NCBI GenBank assembly: GCA_041661305.1
Contig: JBAZUR010000001.1
Span: 99,833 to 163,832, forward strand
Reading direction: 5' to 3'
DNA from: Minisyncoccota bacterium
GTDB lineage: Bacteria; Patescibacteriota; Minisyncoccia; Phycocordibacterales; VMEP01
Length of the DNA: 64,000 nucleotides
Shown here: positions 57,092 to 64,000 of the stretch, in pieces
Numbering within the stretch: position 1 is the stretch's first letter
How the letters are laid out: each line of letters opens with the position of its first letter
Program-made: the position numbers and the translations under genes
The notes under the pieces: model-generated
Told to the model about the DNA's origin: nothing
Seen by the model: the letters and a program-made list of their open reading frames with translations, nothing else
The model's database searches: none

Positions 57092-58267
57092 ATGTACGAG
57101 ATAGACGACATAAAAGCTGAAATTATTAAGGATTCTCGCGGGGAAGAAACGGTTCAAGCAACGGTTACTCTTACGGGCGGAATAACTGCTTCTGCTTCTG
57201 TTCCACAAGGAAAAAGTCGCGGGGCTGGAGAAGCCCACTATGTTTCTCCAGATTATGCAGTGATAAATATTCAAGAAATTATTTCACCTGCATTGAAGAA
57301 CTCGATGAGTATTATGCAAAAAGAGATTGATGCTAGGCTTAAGGCGCTCGATGGAACACCAACAAAAGAAAAACTTGGAGCAAACGCCATTCTCGCTGTT
57401 TCAATCGCCGTTGCCCGCGCAGCATCTGTCGCGCGTAACATACCACTGTGGGCACATCTTAGAGAGATGACAGGTATTCCAATTTTGGATAATTCTCGTC
57501 CGCGACTTTTTGTTAATTTAATAAACGGCGGTGAACACGCAAAAAACAATCTCGCTTTTCAGGAGTATCTGGCAATTATTGATGGAGCAAATTTTGCTGA
57601 AATGATTGAGGTCCAGGCGTCTCTTTGGAGTAATCTTAAAAAAATGTTTAACGATAAGTTTGGAGATGCTTTACCTCTTGGCGATGAAGGTGGTTTTGCC
57701 CCAGAGGCAATGAGCGATAACCTCGAGCCCTTTCGCCTAATCAAATCTGCAGCAGGGGAACTTATCGAGGATGGTTTTGTTACGTTGGGTACAGACGTAG
57801 CAGGAGCGAATGCAAAACTATCACTAGAAGAGAGGGGTATTCTTTTTGAGACGGCAATAAAAGATTACCAGCTCACTTACATTGAGGATCCATACGGAGA
57901 AGAAGACTTCACTTCTTTTTCCAAAATGACTGCAACATATGGGGATAAGATGATAATTGCAGGGGACGATCTTACTGTGACAAACTCTGAATTGATGCGA
58001 ATGGCTAACCAGAAAAAAAGTATAAACGGGGTCATAATAAAGCCAAATCAAATTGGCACGATTACAGAAGCCTTGGATGCTGTGCGTACAGCGAATAGTT
58101 TTGGTTGGAAGGTTGTTGCTTCACATCGAAGCGGGGAGACCGAGGATACTTTTATTGCAGATTTTGCTTATGCAATTGGTGCCTTTGGCCTGAAATTGGG
58201 TGTGCCAACTCAAGTTGCTAGACATACAAAATATGATAGGTTGCTTGAGATAGACAGGGAGATTTAA
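57092..58267 (+). CDS. eno: Enolase (short form)
   Basis: IKDSRGEETV, GANAILAVSIAVARAAS, DEGGFAP, SHRSGETEDTFIADFA. Confidence 0.85.
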   Translation: MYEIDDIKAEIIKDSRGEETVQATVTLTGGITASASVPQGKSRGAGEAHYVSPDYAVINIQEIISPALKNSMSIMQKEIDARLKALDGTPTKEKLGANAILAVSIAVARAASVARNIPLWAHLREMTGIPILDNSRPRLFVNLINGGEHAKNNLAFQEYLAIIDGANFAEMIEVQASLWSNLKKMFNDKFGDALPLGDEGGFAPEAMSDNLEPFRLIKSAAGELIEDGFVTLGTDVAGANAKLSLEERGILFETAIKDYQLTYIEDPYGEEDFTSFSKMTATYGDKMIIAGDDLTVTNSELMRMANQKKSINGVIIKPNQIGTITEALDAVRTANSFGWKVVASHRSGETEDTFIADFAYAIGAFGLKLGVPTQVARHTKYDRLLEIDREI

Positions 58268-58283
58268 AGGTGGGTTTGTAATT

Positions 58284-58354
58284 CGGGGTATAGTATACCG
58301 GTAGTACGCATGTTTCGGGTGCGTGAAGACAGGGTTCGATTCCCTGTACCCCGA
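58284..58354 (+). tRNA. tRNA, probably Pro (anticodon CGG); Glu(UUC) alternative fold not excluded
   Basis: Manual fold: acceptor CGGGGTA/TACCCCG, T-arm CAGGG-TTCGATT-CCCTG, anticodon loop TTCGGGT with U33 and G37, discriminator A. Confidence 0.65.
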
Positions 58355-58382
58355 CTAATGTTTTAATGAGAACCCTATTTAT

Positions 58383-58967
58383 ATGCTTAGCAAGTTAATT
58401 AATTTTACAAAACTTTTAAATAAATTTCGCTCTGTTGAGCGGGTTCTTTTGGTTAACGAAGAGGAGAGAAACGAAAATGACGTAGAACATAGTTACTATT
58501 TGGCTATGCTTGCGTGGTATGTGATTTCTACTAACAAACTAGACCTAAACCTTGATTTGGTAATCAAGTACGCATTGGTACATGATTTTGTCGAAGTTTA
58601 CGCTGGCGATACTTATATTTATTCTTTAGATAAAACACATACAGGCAGTAAGATGCAAAGGGAAAAAGAAGCGGCAGAACAGTTAGAGAAAAATTTCCCT
58701 GAATTTCAGGACATGCACCAGCTGATTGAAAAGTATGAAAAAAGAGAAGACAAAGAGAGTCGCTTTGTTTATGCTTTGGACAAAATTCAGCCAGTATTAA
58801 ATATCTATACGGACAAGGGGCGAACCTGGAAATTACATAAAGTTGGACTACAAATGCTTATTGAACACAAAAAAGACAAGGTTGCCGTTTCTGGTGAAGT
58901 CGAGGAATACTTTAAGGCGTTGGTCGAGCTTCTTAGGAAGGAGGAAAAAGACCTATTTAATGATTAA
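58383..58967 (+). CDS. HD-domain phosphohydrolase, YfbR-like 5'-deoxynucleotidase family
   Basis: VEHSYYLAML...ALVHDFVEVYAGD. Confidence 0.65.
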   Translation: MLSKLINFTKLLNKFRSVERVLLVNEEERNENDVEHSYYLAMLAWYVISTNKLDLNLDLVIKYALVHDFVEVYAGDTYIYSLDKTHTGSKMQREKEAAEQLEKNFPEFQDMHQLIEKYEKREDKESRFVYALDKIQPVLNIYTDKGRTWKLHKVGLQMLIEHKKDKVAVSGEVEEYFKALVELLRKEEKDLFND

Positions 58968-58991
58968 TGCTCGCGTGTTAATATAACTATT

Positions 58992-59720
58992 ATGTCAGCT
59001 ATTATTTTTATTTTTCTTACACTAATTTCCTCTTTTTTTGGAGGTCTTCTTGCTTTTAGGTATCGTGACCACTTACACATAGTTTTGGGGTTTACTGCAG
59101 GTATTCTTCTTTCTGTTGTCGCTTTTGATTTGATGCCAGAAATTATGGAAATGACTCAAGAGCTCGCGGTCGATCCAATGGTTCCAATGGTTGCTCTTAT
59201 AGCTGGGTTTTTCCTTTTCCACATTCTTGAGAAGGCTGTTTTAGTACATCACGCAAACGAAGATCAATACGGACCACACACTCATCCAACAGTTGGAGTT
59301 GTTTCGGCCTTAGCTCTCGCGGCACACTCATTTTTAGACGGTGTTGGTATTGGACTAGGCTTTCAGGTCTCTCCGGAATTAGGCATGCTCGTTTCCCTTG
59401 GTGTGATCTCTCATGCATTTTCTGATGGTTTAAATACTGTGACAATCATGCTTCAAAATCACAACCCCGCAAAGAAAATTATGTTGTTTTTGTCTATTGT
59501 CGCGGTTGCCCCTGTCTTAGGTGGTATCTCAACATTGTTTTTTAGTGTTCCACAAGAAATCCTTCTTATTTATCTCGGGTTTTTTGCTGGATTCTTTCTT
59601 TATATTGGAGCATCAGAAGTTTTACCTGAGGCACACAGTCAAAGACCGTCTGGTCGTGCAGTCTTAGCAACGATTGTTGGAGTTCTTTTTATGTTTTCTG
59701 CGACAATATTTGCACATTAA
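58992..59720 (+). CDS. ZIP-family divalent metal (zinc) transporter, ZupT-like
   Basis: HSFLDGVGIGLGF and HAFSDGL ZIP signatures; 8 TM. Confidence 0.75.
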   Translation: MSAIIFIFLTLISSFFGGLLAFRYRDHLHIVLGFTAGILLSVVAFDLMPEIMEMTQELAVDPMVPMVALIAGFFLFHILEKAVLVHHANEDQYGPHTHPTVGVVSALALAAHSFLDGVGIGLGFQVSPELGMLVSLGVISHAFSDGLNTVTIMLQNHNPAKKIMLFLSIVAVAPVLGGISTLFFSVPQEILLIYLGFFAGFFLYIGASEVLPEAHSQRPSGRAVLATIVGVLFMFSATIFAH

Positions 59721-59734
59721 AAATAAAATTTAAT

Positions 59735-60556
59735 ATGTATAGTAAAAAAACATATATCTTAGCCACAATTATTGGGTTAGCTTTGTTTGCTTTTACGCCA
59801 ACGATTTCTTTGGCAGTAGACGCCGTTGTTAAGAATGCTGGTTTTGCCCCTGGTAATATTTGGTTTTCAAAAAATGATTTTGCTCCAGGAGATGTTGTAA
59901 AAATTTATACAATTCTTTGGAATGGAGGGAAAGAAACAATTACTGGTGAGGTTGTTTTTTATGATAATGATTTAGTGTTGGATAAGGTCGCGTTCTCTCT
60001 TTCGACTGGTAGTACAAAAATTGCATCGGCTGATTGGAGTGTTGCTGAGGGTTATCACAAGGTTTATGCAGTTGTTGGAACGTCCAAGATTGGAAGCAGT
60101 GGAGCAACTCTTGAATACTCAAAAACAGAAGAAAGTGAGCATTTTATTGGAGCTCCAATAAAAACAACTAGCCCAACTAGTACAGCCCAGCAAATTGTTG
60201 AACAAAAAATTAATTTTGCAAAAGAGTATGCAACTGAAAATTTTCCAGCTCCAGTTGTTGAGACAACAAGCTCTATTACGAGTGTCGTTGAATCGGCGCG
60301 AAAAGATGTAAAGATTTGGAGTGATAGCAAATCAGCGCAAGTGCAAAAAAACATAGAAGCGATAGGCGCGAAGATTGCCAAGAATGATGCAGGGTCCGAT
60401 ACATGGTCTGCTGTTAAGCGCCCACTAAATTACGTGTATTCTTTTTTACTAACGTTAGTTGGTTATATTTTTGGTAACCAGTTTATTTTCTATGGGATTA
60501 TTGCCGTAATTTTGTTTTTATTTTTGAGATTTATTAAAAGACGTTTTATCTTTTGA
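59735..60556 (+). CDS. Secreted/anchored hypothetical protein (N-terminal signal, C-terminal TM)
   Basis: 273 aa; no family recognised. Confidence 0.45.
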   Translation: MYSKKTYILATIIGLALFAFTPTISLAVDAVVKNAGFAPGNIWFSKNDFAPGDVVKIYTILWNGGKETITGEVVFYDNDLVLDKVAFSLSTGSTKIASADWSVAEGYHKVYAVVGTSKIGSSGATLEYSKTEESEHFIGAPIKTTSPTSTAQQIVEQKINFAKEYATENFPAPVVETTSSITSVVESARKDVKIWSDSKSAQVQKNIEAIGAKIAKNDAGSDTWSAVKRPLNYVYSFLLTLVGYIFGNQFIFYGIIAVILFLFLRFIKRRFIF

Positions 60557-60596
60557 CCTAATCGTAAAATTTTGGCAAAGTGCATAGGCTAAACAA

Positions 60597-61802
60597 ATGA
60601 AGCCGATTAAATTTACTATTGATAAAAAGTTACCAAATGCTTTGGGTAGGGCTGGGGTAATTGAGACTCCCCACGGAACACTCGAAACTCCGTCTTTTAT
60701 TGTTGTTGGGACTAAAGGGAGTGTTAAGTCTCTTACAACTGAGCAGGTGTTAGCCTTAGGGGGACAGGCTGTTTTGGCGAATACATATCATCTTTATCTT
60801 GAGCCAGGAGACAGACTTGTAAAAGATTCTGGTGGTTTGGGAAAGTTTATGAATTGGAGCGGACCGACATTTACTGATTCTGGTGGTTTCCAAGTTTTCT
60901 CTCTCGGGGCTGCTATGGGGAAAAGTGTTGGTAAAATTGCCACAGGAGAAGAGATTGCAGAATACACAGACGAGGGAAATTTTGGCGGGAAGCTCGCGCA
61001 AATAGATGAAGAGGGTGTAACCTTCAGGTCTTTTATGGATGGCAGTGAGCATCGTTTTACTCCAGAACGTTCTATGGAGATACAGCAAAATTTGGGAGCC
61101 GATATTATTTTTGCTTTTGATGAATGCACTTCGCCGATGGCTCCGAGAGAATATCAAATGGAAGCGATGGAGAGAACTCATCGCTGGGCAAAAAGATGCT
61201 TAGAAGCACACACCAAAAATGATCAAGCGTTGTTTGGGGTAGTTCAAGGAGGGCGTTTTGAAGATTTAAGAAAAGAAAGTGCCAAGGTCCTCGCTCAACT
61301 TGAGGTGGGTGGTAAAACATTTGATGGTTTTGGTATTGGTGGATCATTCGTCAAAGAAGATATGGCGACAGCTGTAAGGTGGGTAAATGAAATTTTACCG
61401 GAAGACAAACCAAGACATTTGCTTGGGGTGGGTGAGCCAGAAGATTTATTCTTGGGAGTAGAAAACGGATGTGATACGTTTGATTGCGTTGCTCCAACTC
61501 GCCAAGGCAGAAATGGTAATTTTTATACAAACGAAGGACGTATAATAGTGCAAAATTCTAAATTTAGAGAAGACTTAAAACCAATTGAAGAAAGCTGTGA
61601 TTGTTATGCTTGTAAGAATTTTAGTAGAGCTTATATAGCGCACCTTTTTAGAGCGAAAGAAATGCTTGGTCCAACACTAGGTTCTATTCATAATCTGCAC
61701 TTCATCGTCAATTTGGTGAAAAAAATTAGGCAATCAATTTTGGACGATAATTTTACAGAGTTTAAAGAGGAATTTTTAGGGAAGTATCGTAAGTTGACGT
61801 AA
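60597..61802 (+). CDS. tgt: Queuine tRNA-ribosyltransferase
   Basis: TPHGTLETPSF, FTDSGGFQVFSL, Zn site CDCYAC...H. Confidence 0.9.
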   Translation: MKPIKFTIDKKLPNALGRAGVIETPHGTLETPSFIVVGTKGSVKSLTTEQVLALGGQAVLANTYHLYLEPGDRLVKDSGGLGKFMNWSGPTFTDSGGFQVFSLGAAMGKSVGKIATGEEIAEYTDEGNFGGKLAQIDEEGVTFRSFMDGSEHRFTPERSMEIQQNLGADIIFAFDECTSPMAPREYQMEAMERTHRWAKRCLEAHTKNDQALFGVVQGGRFEDLRKESAKVLAQLEVGGKTFDGFGIGGSFVKEDMATAVRWVNEILPEDKPRHLLGVGEPEDLFLGVENGCDTFDCVAPTRQGRNGNFYTNEGRIIVQNSKFREDLKPIEESCDCYACKNFSRAYIAHLFRAKEMLGPTLGSIHNLHFIVNLVKKIRQSILDDNFTEFKEEFLGKYRKLT

Positions 61803-61856
61803 AGATATTTTTATTGTACCATTAAAAAAGATTCTTTCATTTTCTGGAGGGGGATT

Positions 61857-62210
61857 ATGTCACGTCTACTTTTTACTTGGTGTTTTGCGATTGTTTTCCA
61901 AACAATCATCCACCTTGTGATTGTTGTCGTATCAACAATTTGGGCGGAGGGAGATGGTGTGAGATTTCTTTACACATACTCTCTCCTTTCGGTTCTTTGG
62001 CTTCATCCGATAAGGAAGGTGCCAATAAAATCTTTTTCCAAGCTGAGTGTCGTTGGTTCTTTTTCTCTCGGCTTGGTTATTATGATGATGACGGTTAGTC
62101 TCTGGTCTTTCTTTTTTACTCACATTGCCTATATTTTAGTTGGGTACATTTCCCTCTCGGCGAAAGACAGTCCGTTCCAGAAATCAATTACCGCGCTTGT
62201 TCACGATTAA
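61857..62210 (+). CDS. Small integral membrane protein, hypothetical
   Basis: 3-4 TM, 117 aa. Confidence 0.4.
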   Translation: MSRLLFTWCFAIVFQTIIHLVIVVVSTIWAEGDGVRFLYTYSLLSVLWLHPIRKVPIKSFSKLSVVGSFSLGLVIMMMTVSLWSFFFTHIAYILVGYISLSAKDSPFQKSITALVHD

Positions 62211-62306
62211 GCGGTTTTGTTTGCTAATCCGATTTGTTGTCGGTTTGCCGTCGAAAATATCGACGGCTTTCCTTTTTGCTTTACTACAGTATTATTTATT
62301 TTACAT

Positions 62307-64000
62307 ATGTCAGTTTTTAAAATATCAAAACACTTTACCCCAGCCGGAGACCAGCCGAAGGCTATAACTGCGCTTACTAAAGGATTAAAAAAAGGCTATA
62401 AAAAGCAGACGTTACTTGGTGTGACTGGCTCTGGAAAAACATTCACGATGGCAAACGTTATTGCCAAAGAAGGGAAACCGACACTCGTGATTGCTCACAA
62501 CAAAACTCTTGCTGCTCAGCTTGCTCAAGAGTACAAAGAATTTTTTCCAGAAAACGCGGTGCATTATTTTGTTTCCTACTATGACTATTATCAACCAGAA
62601 GCGTATATGCCCGTGACAGACACGTACATTGAGAAAGACGCACAGATTAATGAAGAAATCGACCGCTTGAGGCATGCTTCTACGCAGGCGTTAATGTCAC
62701 GCCGTGACGTGATAATTGTTGCTTCAGTGTCGTGTATTTATGGCTTGGGTAGCCCGGAAGAGTATCGCAAAGAAAATCTTGAGCTTAAGGTTGGGGATCG
62801 TGTCGAGCGGCTAGAATTAATCCGCCGTTTAATCAGTATTCATTTCGAAAGAACAAATGCGGATATAAATCCCGGAGAGTTTCGAAGTATCGGTTCGAGG
62901 GTTGAAATAATGCCAACATCAGAGCGTTATGTTTTAAATATTGATATTGTCGATGGTAAAATTTCAAACATTATTATTGTCGACCCAGTGTCGCAAAAAA
63001 TTCTTGGTGAAGAAAAAAGTGTTTTTCTTTTTCCAGCCAAACATTTCCTTACAGAAAAATCACAGCGAGACCGTGCAATAAAAATTATAAAAAAAGAACT
63101 TGCAGAGAGTTTGAAAAAATTTGAGAAAGAGGGGAAATTGCTTGAAGCCGAAAGGTTAAAACGGAGGACAAATTATGACATGGCGATGATTCGTGAGGTT
63201 GGTTATTGTTCAGGTATTGAAAATTATTCAAGACCTCTTTCAGGAAGACCAGCCGGTGCTGCACCAGACACACTTCTTTCGTATTTTCCAAAAACAAAAG
63301 ATGGCAAGCCAGACTTCCTTACTGTTATAGACGAATCACACGTGACCCTCCCACAGGTTCGCGGAATGCAGGCGGGAGATTTTTCCCGCAAAAGTACTCT
63401 TGTGGATCACGGTTTTCGCTTGCCTTCAGCAATAGACAATCGCCCGCTGACATTTAAGGAATTTGAGGAGCGGATTGCTGATGTGATTTATACCTCAGCA
63501 ACCCCAAGTGAGCTTGAGATGACGACGAGTGATCAGATAGTTGAACAGATTATTCGTCCAACCGGTTTGGTCGATCCTGAAATTACGATAAAACCAATTT
63601 CTTCAAAAGGCACATATGGCGGACAAATTGAAGATTTTATGGCTGAGACGAAAAAGGTTGTTTTGAAAAATGAACGTTCTATTGCAACGACTTTGACCAA
63701 AAAAATGGCAGAAGAGCTCAGTGTGTATTTAAGAGAGAAAGGTATTAAGGCAGAGTATTTACACAGCGATATTAAGACAATAGATAGAATTAAAATATTG
63801 TCAGATTTTAGACGAGGCACATTTGATTGTTTGGTTGGAGTAAACCTTCTTCGTGAAGGTTTAGATTTGCCAGAAGTTTCTTTTATTGGAATTTTGGATG
63901 CAGACAAGGAAGGGTTTTTACGCTCCGCAGTTTCGCTTATTCAAACCATCGGTCGTGCAGCTAGAAATTCTGCGGGGCGAGTGACGCTTTATGCTGATGT
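62307..64000 (+). CDS. uvrB: Excinuclease ABC subunit B (3' end outside window)
   Basis: [20 protein letters not shown]...[15 protein letters not shown]...[10 protein letters not shown]; not in ORF table because no stop before window end. Confidence 0.9.
   Translation, partial: MSVFKISKHFTPAGDQPKAITALTKGLKKGYKKQTLLGVTGSGKTFTMANVIAKEGKPTLVIAHNKTLAAQLAQEYKEFFPENAVHYFVSYYDYYQPEAYMPVTDTYIEKDAQINEEIDRLRHASTQALMSRRDVIIVASVSCIYGLGSPEEYRKENLELKVGDRVERLELIRRLISIHFERTNADINPGEFRSIGSRVEIMPTSERYVLNIDIVDGKISNIIIVDPVSQKILGEEKSVFLFPAKHFLTEKSQRDRAIKIIKKELAESLKKFEKEGKLLEAERLKRRTNYDMAMIREVGYCSGIENYSRPLSGRPAGAAPDTLLSYFPKTKDGKPDFLTVIDESHVTLPQVRGMQAGDFSRKSTLVDHGFRLPSAIDNRPLTFKEFEERIADVIYTSATPSELEMTTSDQIVEQIIRPTGLVDPEITIKPISSKGTYGGQIEDFMAETKKVVLKNERSIATTLTKKMAEELSVYLREKGIKAEYLHSDIKTIDRIKILSDFRRGTFDCLVGVNLLREGLDLPEVSFIGILDADKEGFLRSAVSLIQTIGRAARNSAGRVTLYAD

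Noticed and set aside
58940-58995. Zur box upstream of the ZIP transporter
   Set aside because: No AT-rich 7-1-7 palindrome of the Zur/Fur type visible.
60500-60600. preQ1 riboswitch upstream of tgt
   Set aside because: Leader is only about 40 nt and lacks the preQ1-I hairpin/A-rich tail pattern.
1-64000. CRISPR array, integrase/transposase, prophage structural genes, rRNA
   Set aside because: No regularly spaced direct repeats, no recombinase motifs (R..HxxR..Y or DDE) recognised in any ORF, and no rRNA-like conserved stretches.

Overview
This 64 kb window has low GC (about 38%), genes with no Shine-Dalgarno sequences, and promoters built on an extended -10 (TGATATAAT) with no -35. It looks like a Candidate Phyla Radiation / Patescibacteria-type chromosome.

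The core genes are ordinary. In order they are a partial ParB, a small Rel (p)ppGpp synthetase/hydrolase, TopA, a type IV pilin, DprA, SerRS, an FtsQ-like protein, Dus, DnaX, two ECF sigma / anti-sigma pairs, EngB, a ProB-like kinase, a cold-shock protein, an ABC-F ATPase, MscL, TspO, TypA/BipA, a CsoR operon, a glycerate kinase, PEP synthase, a D-2-hydroxyacid dehydrogenase, enolase, a ZIP transporter, Tgt and a partial UvrB. There are two tRNAs, Gln(UUG) and a probable Pro(CGG).

Three things stand out.

1. An accessory island sits directly 3' of tRNA-Gln (about 12.6-19.8 kb). It carries a Type II restriction-modification module with a controller protein, and the C5-cytosine methyltransferase is fused to a complete LexA repressor (HTH plus S24 autopeptidase with the Ala-Gly site and the Ser/Lys dyad). 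Next to it are a SEC-C-motif protein and a PD-(D/E)XK + DUF2779 nuclease. The nuclease block is bracketed by roughly 57 bp imperfect direct repeats that duplicate the promoter and 5' end of a small membrane-protein gene.

2. Nine compositionally foreign mini-cassettes (GC about 47-58%) are scattered through intergenic gaps. Unlike every native gene, each has a strong GGAGG-type Shine-Dalgarno, most have a TTGACA -35 / -10 promoter, and most have a clean intrinsic terminator. They encode proteins I cannot assign to any family, and two adjacent ones have signal peptides.

3. There is a CsoR operator-in-promoter upstream of an atypical three-gene operon, a perfect 15 bp hairpin just upstream of an ECF sigma gene, two promoter/terminator-framed micro-genes for Lys-rich peptides, and a 24-codon uORF ahead of the ABC-F gene.

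No CRISPR array, rRNA, integrase or transposase was seen.
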